Source: an uncultured Alphaproteobacteria bacterium (GTDB lineage Bacteria; Pseudomonadota; Alphaproteobacteria; Rhizobiales; Xanthobacteraceae). From it: DNA of 64,000 nucleotides. A model generated the notes under the pieces. It searched no databases and had not been told where the DNA came from. It worked only from the letters and a program-made list of their open reading frames with translations. The stretch lies in NCBI GenBank assembly GCA_963807865.1, contig CAWEDK010000039.1:168043-232042 (forward strand). The letters run 5' to 3'. Shown here piece after piece: positions 42,809 through 51,921 of the stretch; position 1 is the stretch's first letter, and the number at the start of each line of letters is the position of its first letter. Made by a program: the position numbers and the translations under genes.

Positions 42809-43741
42809 CTAAAAAAGGCTGGCGATGGCGATCGCCACCGGCATGGTGAAGATGGCCAGCATGGTCTGCACTGTCAGAATCTGCGCGAGCAGCACGGCGT
42901 CGCCACCCATCTGCCGTGCCATGACGTAAGATCCGGGCGGCGCCGGCACCGCGGAACAGCATGCGACGACCGCGAGACTTGGACCGGTGACGCCGAACAG
43001 CAAGCCGAGCGAGATGGCCAGCGTCGGCATCAGCAGGAGCTTGAGCGCGGTCGTCAGGAGAATCGCCGGCGAGGGGCGGATCAGGCCGGCAATCTGCAGG
43101 CCGGCGCCGACGCTCAACAGGCCGCAGGCCAACGACGCCCGTCCGAGGGCGTCCGCAAAGGCATGGAGCGGCCCCGGGAGCGGCAAGCCCAACACGTTGA
43201 GCAGGAGGCCAGCCATGCACGACCAGATCAACGGATTCGCCAACAGCGCGCCGGCAATCGCGGGCCCGGTGCGCGGATGCTCCGAGGCGAAACGGGCAAG
43301 CGACCAGACGTTGATCACGTTGAGCACGGGGATCATCGCGACGATCGCAACCGATGCCAGCGCCACGCCCAGCGAATCGAACAAGCTGGCTGACAGGACC
43401 AGTGCGACGAACGTGTTCCAGCGTGTCGCCCCCTGCATGATCGAGGTGAACGCCGGTCCGCCGATCGCATAGCGTGCGGCAAGCCACGGTCGCAACGCGA
43501 GACAGAGCCCGGCCATCAGCAGGATGGCCAGGAAGAGTGCTCCGCCGACGCCGAGGACCGGCACCCGTGAAAGGTCTGCGCGCGCCAGCGTGTCGATGAT
43601 CAGTGCCGGGAACAGGATGTAATATGTCAGCCGCTCGATTCCATTCCACTGCATCTCATCCGGCAGAATCGTGCGGCGGAGCCAGAATCCGGCGACGATC
43701 AGCAGAATGACAGGAAGGAGAGCGGAAAAGGCGGCCAGCAT
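42809..43741 (-). CDS. AEC (auxin efflux carrier) family transporter
   Basis: 310 aa, about 10 TM; MLAAFSALLPVILLIVAGFWLRR...ERLTYYILFPALI. Confidence 0.82.
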   Translation of the reverse strand: MLAAFSALLPVILLIVAGFWLRRTILPDEMQWNGIERLTYYILFPALIIDTLARADLSRVPVLGVGGALFLAILLMAGLCLALRPWLAARYAIGGPAFTSIMQGATRWNTFVALVLSASLFDSLGVALASVAIVAMIPVLNVINVWSLARFASEHPRTGPAIAGALLANPLIWSCMAGLLLNVLGLPLPGPLHAFADALGRASLACGLLSVGAGLQIAGLIRPSPAILLTTALKLLLMPTLAISLGLLFGVTGPSLAVVACCSAVPAPPGSYVMARQMGGDAVLLAQILTVQTMLAIFTMPVAIAIASLF

Positions 43742-43766
43742 CGGGAACCCGCGGGGAGCGTTTCTC

Positions 43767-44258
43767 TTACCCGCTGGTGCCCGCAGCGTCGAGGTGGCGC
43801 AGCCGGTCGAGCGCACCCTGCAGAATGAACGCCGCGGCGTGTTGGTCGATCACCTCGGCGCGCCGCGCCCGTGACATGTCGGCTGCGATCAACTCTCGCT
43901 CGACCGCGACGGTGGAGAGCCGCTCATCCCAAAGCGCGATCGGTAGTTCGGTCAACCGGGCGAGGTTGCGGGCGAACGCGCGAGTCGACTGGGCGCGAGG
44001 GCCTTCACTGCCGTCCATGTTGATGGGCAAGCCTAAGACGAAGGCGACCGCTTTGCGTTCGTTGGCAAGCGCGATGAGGCGCTTGGCATCGGCGGTGAAG
44101 TTGGTCCGCGTGATAGTCTCGACGCCGGTCGCGAGCCTGCGGTCAGGATCGCTGGCGGCGACCCCGATGGTCTTGGTGCCGAGATCAAGCCCCACCAACG
44201 TGCCGCGGCCGGGCAGATGCTCGGCCGCCTGGACCAACGGAAGGATGGGTGCCGCCAT
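43767..44258 (-). CDS. ruvX: Holliday junction resolvase-like nuclease RuvX (YqgF)
   Basis: GTLVGLDLGTKTIGVAASD ... AFVLGLPINMDGSEGPRAQSTRAFARNL...WDERLSTV..., DQHAAAFILQGALD. Confidence 0.92.
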   Translation of the reverse strand: MAAPILPLVQAAEHLPGRGTLVGLDLGTKTIGVAASDPDRRLATGVETITRTNFTADAKRLIALANERKAVAFVLGLPINMDGSEGPRAQSTRAFARNLARLTELPIALWDERLSTVAVERELIAADMSRARRAEVIDQHAAAFILQGALDRLRHLDAAGTSG

Positions 44259-44326
44259 CGCTGACGCCTAGCATGGGCCAGTGACAACGGCGAGCACCGG
44301 GAACGTGAAACACCCCCGCTGAAGCC

Positions 44327-44686
44327 TCAGGTATTGGGCGGCGGCGCAAAGAAACAACGCCGGGTGCCATCCGGCCGCTTGCAGCGCCAGTAGGCCCCGT
44401 CCGGCGACGGCTGCGCCTCCGGTTCCGGAACGCGCTCGTCATAGAACTCCCGGTGCCCGTTGCCCTCGATCGTGCCCCATCCGCTCAAGGCATAGCCCGA
44501 CGATGTAAGCGTCACTGATTTCGGGTCCATCATGGCGCAGTCGCCAACGCCGCAGCACCATTCGCCAGCGGCGTTCCGATGTCCGCCGCGCGAAATCCAG
44601 CTATCGTGGGCGAAAAGGCTCGGTGCAACGATGACGAGGGAGGCGAGTGCGAGCAAAAGCCTGGCAAGGCATCCGAACATGGGCAA
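44327..44686 (-). CDS. hypothetical secreted Cys-rich protein
   Basis: Signal peptide ...VIVAPSLFA then HDSWISRGGHRNAAGEWCCGVGDCAMM...YWRCKRPDGTRRCFFAPP; no family recognised. Confidence 0.5.
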   Translation of the reverse strand: MPMFGCLARLLLALASLVIVAPSLFAHDSWISRGGHRNAAGEWCCGVGDCAMMDPKSVTLTSSGYALSGWGTIEGNGHREFYDERVPEPEAQPSPDGAYWRCKRPDGTRRCFFAPPPNT

Positions 44687-44882
44687 AAGTCCCTTTCGTT
44701 TGTCCCGGCAGGCTATCGATCAGTCCGTCAACGTGGACTCCTTGGGTCAATTTGGGTTGGTTTCGTGCGCCCCAGCAACCCGGCTGAACCGCTCAAGAGC
44801 GGCGTCAGCGCCGAGTAGCACCCGAATCAACCTCCTGATCCGTCAGGGTAAAGCAACACTTGTGCGACGCAAAACAAGAATT

Positions 44883-44900
44883 ATTGCAATGCAGCAATAG
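44883..44900. promoter_or_regulatory. TATTGC-N6-GCAATA palindrome (CRP/FNR-FixK-type TTG-N8-CAA box candidate)
   Basis: Perfect 6-bp arms with a 6-nt spacer in the divergent intergenic region, about 130 nt upstream of ATG 45032. Confidence 0.3.
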
Positions 44901-45031
44901 CGGCTGCGCGGGGGTCGTTGTCCTGACACTGAAAAAGTGCTCAGTCTGCATGCTTCAAATGCGTCGAATTCATTTTCCCGGCTCGTTTTTGGCACGGCGG
45001 ATGATCGACAAGGCGCAAGCAGGAGGGCGAC

Positions 45032-45805
45032 ATGCGAATGACTTTGTTGGGCGGTCTTACGGTGCTGTCGATCGTCGCGATGGGCAGTGTGCGGGACGCG
45101 GCGGCGGCCGAAATCAAGGTGTTGACCGCGGGCGCGTTCAAGCAGGTGCTGCTCGCGCTCGTGCCGGAGTTCGAGAAGCAGACCGGCCACAAGGTGATTG
45201 TCGAGAACGAGACGGTTGGCGCGCTGACCAAACGGATTGACGGCGGTGAGGCATTCGACGTCGCGGTCCTCACGCCGCGGGCCGTCGACGATCTTGCCGG
45301 CAAGGGCAAGTTCGCCGCCGGCAGCCGGCAGAATCTCGCGCGCGTCGGTGTCGGTGTCGTCGTCAAGGACGGGACGCCCAAGCCGGATATCAGTTCGGTC
45401 GATGCCTTCAAGAAGGCGCTGATCGCGGCCAAGTCGGTCGCCTATATCGATCCGGCGGCTGGCGGTTCGAGCGGCATCTATGTCTCCGGATTGCTCGACA
45501 AGCTGGGCATCGCCGGCGAGGTGAAGCCGAAGGCCAAGCTGATCCACGGCGGAGCCGTCGCCGAGCACATCGCGCGCGGCGAAGCTGAGGTGGGCATCCA
45601 TCAGATCAGCGAGATCCTGCCCGTGAAGGGCATCGTGCTGGTCGGTCCGCTGCCGGCTGAGATTCAGAACTTCACCGTCTATGCCGCCGGTCTCAGCGCC
45701 AACGCCAAGCAGGCGGAAGCAGCCAAGGCACTGATCAAGGCGCTGACCGGCCCGGCCGCCGCTGACGTGCTCAAGTCCAAGGGCATGGAGCCGGCACAAT
45801 CGTGA
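45032..45805 (+). CDS. periplasmic ModA-like (molybdate/tungstate-type PBP2) substrate-binding protein, orphan
   Basis: Signal peptide, IKVLTAGAFKQVLLALVPEFEKQTGHKV, SVAYIDPAAGGSSGIY, GIHQISEILPVKGIVLVGPLPAEIQ; no adjacent permease or ATPase. Confidence 0.72.
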   Translation: MRMTLLGGLTVLSIVAMGSVRDAAAAEIKVLTAGAFKQVLLALVPEFEKQTGHKVIVENETVGALTKRIDGGEAFDVAVLTPRAVDDLAGKGKFAAGSRQNLARVGVGVVVKDGTPKPDISSVDAFKKALIAAKSVAYIDPAAGGSSGIYVSGLLDKLGIAGEVKPKAKLIHGGAVAEHIARGEAEVGIHQISEILPVKGIVLVGPLPAEIQNFTVYAAGLSANAKQAEAAKALIKALTGPAAADVLKSKGMEPAQS

Positions 45806-45812
45806 GCCGGCG

Positions 45813-46520
45813 ATGGCCGTCGCGGTAAGGGCACTGTTCTTCGATGTGTTCGGCACGCTGGTGGACTGGCGCACCAGCATCGCACGCGAGGCCGAGCACA
45901 TTCTCGCGCCGCTCGGCCATTCGCTCGATTGGCATGCCTTCGCCGACGCCTGGCGTTCCGAATATCAGCCGGCGATGGACGAGGTACGCTCGGGCCGCAT
46001 CCCGTTCTGCAAGCTCGACGTGCTGCACCGGCACAACCTCGAGCGCATCCTGCCGCGCTTCGGCATTTCCGGTGTCGCAGAACCGGCGATGCAGAACCTC
46101 AATCTGGCATGGCATCGCCTCGATGCTTGGCCCGACGTGCCGCCTGGGCTGGCGCGGCTGAAACAACGCTTCTGGCTCGCGCCGGTCTCGAACGGCAACA
46201 TCTCGCTGATGGTCGACCTGGCGCGCCGCAACAGCCTGCCCTGGGACGCCATCCTGGGTTCGGAGGTGGCGCGCGATTTCAAGCCCAAGCCGCGTGTCTA
46301 TCTCGCCGCCTGCGAAGCCTTCGACCTGCCGCCCGGCGACTGCATGATGGTCGCCGCGCACAGCAACGACCTGACGCATGCGGCGAGCTGCGGCCTGCGT
46401 ACGGCGCACATTGCTCGGCCCCACGAACATGGCCCGGGCACGGGCGAGCCGGCGCCGAAGGTGCCGGTCGACGTCTCCGCCGTCAGTCTCGAAGACTTGG
46501 CGACGAGGCTGAATGTGTGA
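45813..46520 (+). CDS. haloacid dehalogenase, type II (HAD superfamily)
   Basis: ALFFDVFGTLVDW (DxxGT nucleophile motif variant), VSNGN, KPKPRVYLAACEAFDLPPGDCMMVAAHSNDL. Confidence 0.85.
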   Translation: MAVAVRALFFDVFGTLVDWRTSIAREAEHILAPLGHSLDWHAFADAWRSEYQPAMDEVRSGRIPFCKLDVLHRHNLERILPRFGISGVAEPAMQNLNLAWHRLDAWPDVPPGLARLKQRFWLAPVSNGNISLMVDLARRNSLPWDAILGSEVARDFKPKPRVYLAACEAFDLPPGDCMMVAAHSNDLTHAASCGLRTAHIARPHEHGPGTGEPAPKVPVDVSAVSLEDLATRLNV

Positions 46521-46529
46521 AGCGCGGCG

Positions 46530-47501
46530 TTACTTGGCGGTCGTCAAGCCAGCGGCCTTCGCCACCTTCGTCCATTTTTCGATTTCGCTCTTGATCCGTC
46601 CGGCGAACTCGTCAGGTGTGTTGCCGACCGGGTCCGCGCCCTCGCGCGCCATCCGGGCACGGACCTCGGGTGTGTTGAGCATTTGCACCAGTTCGTGGTT
46701 GATCTTGGCGATGATGTCTTTGGGCGTGCCCGCTGGCGCGAAAACGCCCTGCCACGAATTGATCTCGTAATCCGGGAAGCCCAGTTCGGCGATGGTTGGC
46801 ACCTCGGGCAGATAGGGCAGCCGTTGCGCGGTGGTGACCGCGAGCACGCGCAATGTCCCGTTCCGCACGTGCTGCAAGGAGGCCGGCACCAAGCTGAAAT
46901 AGACCTTCACATGCCCGCCGATGATGGCGTTCGCTACCTCTGCGTTGCCCTTGAACGGGACGTGAACCAGGTCGATCCCGGCCATCGTCTTGAACATCTC
47001 ACCGGCGAGATGCGGCGAAGTGCCGTTGCCGGCGGAGGCATAGTCGAGTCCGCCCGGCATGGAGCGGGCGAGCGCGATGAACTCCTTGAGATTGGTCACC
47101 GGCATCGAGGCGTGCACCACCAGCATCAGCGGTAAGGAAGCAAGCTCGGTGATCGGCGCGAAGTCTTTGATGGAGTCGTACGGCAGCTTTTGCAGGGCTG
47201 GGGTGATGGCAAAGCCGATCGTGCTCACCAGCAGGGTGTGGCCATCGGGCGGCGCCTTGGCGACGATCCCGGTCCCGATCGTACCGCCGCTGCCGGGGCG
47301 GTTGTTGACCACCACGGTCGCGCCCCAGCTTTCGGTGAAGCGCTGCGATATCAGCCGGGCGATATTATCGGTGGTGCCGCCGGCGGTGAAGGGAACGACG
47401 AGATCGATCTGCTTCTTCGGGTAGGGCTGCGCCGTTGACGGCAAGCCGCCGACCAGCGTCACACACACAATGGAGCCGACCACGCATCCTGCGAGTCGCA
47501 T
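46530..47501 (-). CDS. Bug-family (TctC-like) substrate-binding protein
   Basis: YPKKQIDLVVPFTAGGTTDNIARL..., C-terminal EFAGRIKSEIEKWTKVAKAAGL. Confidence 0.88.
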   Translation of the reverse strand: MRLAGCVVGSIVCVTLVGGLPSTAQPYPKKQIDLVVPFTAGGTTDNIARLISQRFTESWGATVVVNNRPGSGGTIGTGIVAKAPPDGHTLLVSTIGFAITPALQKLPYDSIKDFAPITELASLPLMLVVHASMPVTNLKEFIALARSMPGGLDYASAGNGTSPHLAGEMFKTMAGIDLVHVPFKGNAEVANAIIGGHVKVYFSLVPASLQHVRNGTLRVLAVTTAQRLPYLPEVPTIAELGFPDYEINSWQGVFAPAGTPKDIIAKINHELVQMLNTPEVRARMAREGADPVGNTPDEFAGRIKSEIEKWTKVAKAAGLTTAK

Positions 47502-47525
47502 CGTCTCGTCCTCCCTATGGGACGA

Positions 47526-47900
47526 TCACCCTGGGCACTTATGAAGTACGGCCTTGTAGGTGTTGTCCTGGTCCGCGAAATCGAGCGTGTTGCTGTCGCG
47601 GATGGTGAAGCTCACCTCACCCAGCATCACGGCGCCGCCCGGTCCCTTGCATTCGACATGGACGAAGAACTTGTTGCCCTCGCGCTTACGGTCCCGGATC
47701 GTGCAGATCCCGAACACCGAGGATTCGATTTCTTTCAGGCTGATTTTCACGCGTGAGACGTTGGTATCCGAACTGTCGCCCTTACAGATCTGGTTTTCCG
47801 TGTAGGTGCCCGCGATGGCAAAATCCTCCTCGGCCCCCAGCGGTGCGGCGGCCAACCCCAGGGCCACGGCAAGTCCAAACATCGCACCCAGGGACTTCAT
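47526..47900 (-). CDS. hypothetical secreted protein (124 aa, 4 Cys)
   Basis: Signal MKSLGAMFGLAVALGLAAAPLGA; ENQICKGD...GICTIRD...VHVECKG...HKCPG; no family recognised. Confidence 0.5.
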   Translation of the reverse strand: MKSLGAMFGLAVALGLAAAPLGAEEDFAIAGTYTENQICKGDSSDTNVSRVKISLKEIESSVFGICTIRDRKREGNKFFVHVECKGPGGAVMLGEVSFTIRDSNTLDFADQDNTYKAVLHKCPG

Positions 47901-48042
47901 CGCCTTCCTCTCCTCCACACCGCCCGCATCACAATATCGCCTTTCGCGCGAGTGTAATAAGTCTTCGACTCGTGGCCAACGGGCAATTTGGTTTTCGGCA
48001 TTCTCCGGGTGCGTCGACTTGACAGGTGACAGGGATACGCAA

Positions 48043-49123
48043 GTGGAGGGATTGACCGGAAACTTGGTGCCCATCCCGCTGGTCGATGCGCGCGCCAGCG
48101 GGCCGGTCGGTCACGCAATCGAAGGACAGGCGCGTGCCCGAGCGTTGCATGACGACTGCCTGACTTGGCTGCCGCGGGCCGTCCAGTTGCTGTTACCGGT
48201 GATGGACAGCGCGTCGCGCCGATGGCTGCGGCGTTCGTCCTCGCCCTATATCGGGGAGATCGACGCCATTGCTCAGGCGCTCGATTTGTCCGGGATCTGG
48301 TTTCTCAATGGCAGTTATGAGTGGGGCTGCACTGCGCTCGCCCGCGACGAGGGCGGCGTGCCCTGGATCGCCCGGACCCTCGACTGGCCGTTTCCCGGCC
48401 TTGGCCGCCATGTCGAGGTCGCGCGCATGCAGGGGGAGGGCGGCGAATTCTATGGCGTCACATGGCCGGGTTATGTCGGCGTGCTGACCGCGATGGCGCC
48501 GGGGCGCTTTGCGGCGGCGATCAATCAGGCGCCGCTTTGGCGCCGGACGCGAGCCCCGTGGCTGCGCCCGGCGGACATCGCATTGAACGCGGTGCGGACG
48601 TGGCGCATTCGCTCGGTCTCCGCCCGATCATCTGCTGCGCGATGTGTTCGAGACCTGCCGGAATTTTGCCGAGGCCAAGCAAAAGCTGGAGCGGACGCCA
48701 ATTGCGCGGCCGGTCATTTTCACGCTGGCAGGCTGCGATGCCGGCGAACGCTGCGTCATCGAGCGCACCGAAGACAGCTTTGCAACCCGGACAGAAAACA
48801 CCTCGGCCGCAAACGATTGGTGGCAGAGCACGTCGCCGTGGGAGGCCCGTGTGAGTTCCGCGGTCATGCTGACCCGCACATATGAAGAAGCGGCCGCCAA
48901 CAGCCGCCTGCGGCGCGAGACCCTCGCGGCATGGACGTCATCGCTGGCCGGCGCTGGGTTCGCCTGGGTCACACCGCCGGTGCTCAATCCGTTCACGCGG
49001 ATGGCGGTGGAGATGTGTCCGGCCAACGGTACCTTGCGGGTTGCCGGCTACGAGGGGGAGCCGGAAGGCGCATTGCCGCGTCAGGTGACGCAGCTTCGCG
49101 AGATCGCGCTGGCGGACGCTTGA
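48043..49123 (+). CDS. acid-ceramidase/NAAA-like Ntn hydrolase (linear amide C-N hydrolase superfamily), apparent +1 frameshift near 48615
   Basis: PYIGEIDAIAQALDLSGIWFLNGSYEWG|CTALARDEGGVPWIARTLDWPFPGLGRHVEV...TWPGYVGVLTAMAPGRFAAAINQ, then (next frame) LLRDVFETCRNFAEAKQKLERTPIARPVIFTLAGCDAGERCVIERT. This parallels the NAAA/ASAH1 alpha|beta junction and beta subunit as I recall them. The GTG 48043 start is tentative. Confidence 0.65.
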
Positions 49124-49201
49124 AACGTGGTCGATGGTCGCGGCCTTCGACATGATTTCGTCCCAACTGGCGGACTAACTCGGCTCTTCGAGGGGACCGG
49201 C

Positions 49202-49543
49202 ATGCGGCGGATTGGGTTACGTCTTGTAGCGATGGCGGTGGCCGTGAGCGCGTGGACGTTGGCAACCGCGCGTAGCGAAGCCGCGCCGGCGACCGGACCG
49301 GCAGCGATGCGTGCAGCAACCGCTGCGCTCTCCGTGTTCGAGGCGGCACAGTTCTTCCATCTCGGCCGTCCTTATTGCTGGTATCCCTACGGCTGGGCTG
49401 GGGCTGGCTGGTATTGGTGCGGCTACGGCACGCGCGCCGGCTTGGGCTGGGGCGGCGGCCATGGCTGGAACAACTGGATCGTGCCGCGCACCTACCGCGC
49501 CTACCGCCACCACCCCGCCGAGCGGTTCAGGCACTACCACTAA
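49202..49543 (+). CDS. small secreted Trp/Gly/Tyr/His-rich protein
   Basis: Signal MRRIGLRLVAMAVAVSAWTLATARSEA; mature part RPYCWYPYGWAGAGWYWCGYGTRAGLGWGGGHGWNNWIVPRTYRAYRHHPAERFRHYH. Confidence 0.5.
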   Translation: MRRIGLRLVAMAVAVSAWTLATARSEAAPATGPAAMRAATAALSVFEAAQFFHLGRPYCWYPYGWAGAGWYWCGYGTRAGLGWGGGHGWNNWIVPRTYRAYRHHPAERFRHYH

Positions 49544-49558
49544 AGGCCGGTTGCGCGA

Positions 49559-50525
49559 TCAGTCGAGGCGAATGTTCGCGTCGCGAATGATCTTGAGCCA
49601 CTTGTCGTATTCAGCTTTTACGAATGGTACGAGGCGATCCGCACTCATTTCCATGAGTTCGCCGCCGTTCGATTCGAATCTCGGTTTGAGCTCTGGAAGC
49701 GACTGGGCGATTGCCTCCTGCAGACGTGCGATCGTCGCTGGTGGCGTTTTCGCCGGGGCGAACAGACCAATCCATGAATCGATCTCCAGATTGGGCACGC
49801 CAGCCTCGGTCATGGTCGGGACATCCGGGATTTGCGGATTGCGCTTGGCGGTCAGGATGCCGATCCCCTTGACCTGGCCGGACTTGACGTAGGGCAGGGC
49901 ACCGGGCGTCGAGTTCGAAGAACAAATCGACGCGACCGGACAGCAGATCGGGGAATGCCAAGGCCGATCCGCGATATGGGACCTCCAGGAATTTCGTGCC
50001 CGTGAAGCTCATGAAGGCTGCGCCGACGATATGCTGGCCCGTGCCGGTGCCGGCATTGGCCAGCTTCAGTCCGCCGGGATTCTTGCGCGCAGCCTCGATG
50101 ATTTCTTTTGGCGTGGAATACGGCAACTGCGTCGATCCGACCAGCGTGTAGGAAATATTGAACACCAGCGCGACGGGGACGAGGTCCTGCAGCGGGTCGT
50201 AAGCGAGCTTCCGATAGAGGCCGGCGTTGAACGCGATGTTGCTCAATCCGCCGACCAGCAGCGTGTAGCCGTCGGGTGGCGCAGTCACCACGAACTGCGT
50301 CCCGACAATGGTTCCGGCGCCCGGCCGGTTTTCGACGACGAACGTCTGCCCAAGCCGGCGGGTCAACTGATCGGCCAGCAGACGTCCGACGATATCGTAG
50401 CTCCCGGAGGGACCGATCGGCACAATGATCTTGACCGGGCGATCCGGATAGGTTTGCGCGGAAGCGGCGGAAACGGAAGCGACGATGCCCAAGGCAAGCA
50501 TGAACAGCGCGGTACGAATTGCCAT
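49559..50525 (-). CDS. Bug-family (TctC-like) substrate-binding protein, apparent +1 frameshift near 49913
   Basis: MAIRTALFMLALGIVASVSAASAQTYPDRPVKIIVPIGPSGSYDIVGRL...; after VDLFFE, removal of one base restores STPGALPYVKSGQVKGIGILTAKRNPQIPDVPTMTEAGVPNLEIDSW...KAEYDKWLKIIRDANIRLD. Confidence 0.8.
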
Positions 50526-50656
50526 CGTCGGCACTCCTGCAATCTGGCCGACAGCAGGATACACCACCGCATCGCTTTGCAAGCGGCATTCGGTCGCGCA
50601 CGCGAGCTGGCGGGTCGGGCAGGGGGGACCTGGCCGCCTCCACCCTTCCGGCAGGT

Positions 50657-51149
50657 CTATTCGTGCGACACCGCGGTGACGTCAATTTCGATCATCATTT
50701 CCGGAAAGGCCAGCGAACTGATGCCCAGCAGCGTTTGTGCCGGGACGGTCGCGCCAGCGAAATTCGCGCCGGAGCACTTCGCCCAATCCAGCCGGTAGCG
50801 CATGTCGGTGACATAGACCGTCATCTTGACCGCATCCTTGAGGCTCGAGCCGTTCGCCGCCAGTGCGCGCTTGATCTTGTCGTAGGCGTAGTTGCATTGC
50901 GCCAGCGAAATCGCCGGCATGACGGATCTTGCCGCGCGGCCCCTCCTCGTCCTCCGAGCCGACACCGGCTAGGAAGATGAATTTGCCCTTGCCCATATTG
51001 GTGATGGTGACGGCTTCGGAGAAGATGCCGGGCGTCCATTTGGAATAGTTGTACGACTTCTTTTCCATCGCCTCTTGCGCCGGGACGGGCGCAAGATGCA
51101 TCACGAACAATGCGGCGGCCGATGTGAGCAGCGTGACGAGCTTCGACAT
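50657..51149 (-). CDS. secreted RidA/YjgF-like protein, apparent +1 frameshift near 50906
   Basis: Signal MSKLVTLLTSAAALFVMHLAPVPAQEA; FIFLAGVGSEDE...KIRHAGDF then (one base removed) LAQCNYAYDKIKRALAANGSSLKDAVKMTVYVTDM...MMIEIDVTAV. Confidence 0.65.
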
Positions 51150-51312
51150 GTCGAACTCCTGTTGGGGACCCGGGGCATGCAGATTGACGCAAGAGCGCCG
51201 GCCGGTGCAATCGACCCAGGGTTGGCAGGATGCAGACCGCCGGACATCGACGCGCGAGCGCGGCGTGCACTGCGGCAGTCGTCTGCCGCGGATCGACCAT
51301 GAGGGCACGGCG

Positions 51313-51921
51313 ATGACGCTGGCGCTGCAGATTCTCTATTTCGAAGACCTCGCCGTCGGCATGACCGAGCGGCTGTCGAAGACCATGGCGTCGTCCGACG
51401 TCGTCGGCTTCGCGCAGGTGACCGGCGACCGCAACCCGATCCACCTGTCGGAGCATTTCGCCGCCAAGACGCAGTTCAAGAAGCGCATCGCGCACGGGCT
51501 CTACACCGCGAGCCTGATCTCGGCGGTGCTCGGCACGCGGCTGCCGGGACCGGGCGCGGTCTACATCTCCCAGACCCTCAACTTCCGCGCGCCGGTGAAG
51601 ATCGGCGACACCGTCGAGGTCATCGTCGAGGTCGCCGAGCTGATCCCGGAGCGGCTGCGGGCGCGGCTCGCCTGCACCTGCAAGGTCGGCGACGAGATCG
51701 TGCTCGACGGCGAGGCCTGGGTGAAGGTGCCGTCGTCTTCGGCGAGCGGACGGCCGCTGCCCAGGATTCTGACGCGGCGCCCGTGGCTTCCGGGCGTCGG
51801 ATCAGGAGGCCCGGCGCAGCGCCGCGCCGTCGCGCAGCGCGCCGAGGATGGCGAGCGCCCGCCCCATCGACGAATTCCCGGGTCGGCGCCGAGAACGCCT
51901 TGGTGTTCCAGGGCATCATGA
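51313..51921 (+). CDS. MaoC-like (R)-hydratase/dehydratase domain protein; 3' end uncertain
   Basis: FAQVTGDRNPIHLSEHFAAKTQFKKRIAHGLYTASLISAVLGTRLPGPGAVYISQTLNFRAPVKIGD. The open frame runs 120 nt into the convergent DLH gene. A TGA at 51770-51772 in the +1 frame would give the usual size of about 152 aa if another single-base insertion is present. Confidence 0.7.
   Translation: MTLALQILYFEDLAVGMTERLSKTMASSDVVGFAQVTGDRNPIHLSEHFAAKTQFKKRIAHGLYTASLISAVLGTRLPGPGAVYISQTLNFRAPVKIGDTVEVIVEVAELIPERLRARLACTCKVGDEIVLDGEAWVKVPSSSASGRPLPRILTRRPWLPGVGSGGPAQRRAVAQRAEDGERPPHRRIPGSAPRTPWCSRAS

Noticed and set aside
41715-43649. 644-aa ORF-track entry that looks like a large fusion protein
   Set aside because: Only the C-terminal 326 codons (from ATG 42695, with a clean signal peptide) are a Bug-family protein. 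The upstream 318 codons are an off-frame read-through across the AEC transporter gene.
44994-45009. TGGCACGGCGGATGAT upstream of the ModA-like gene as a sigma54 promoter
   Set aside because: There is no GC at the -12 position (ATGA). Rejected.
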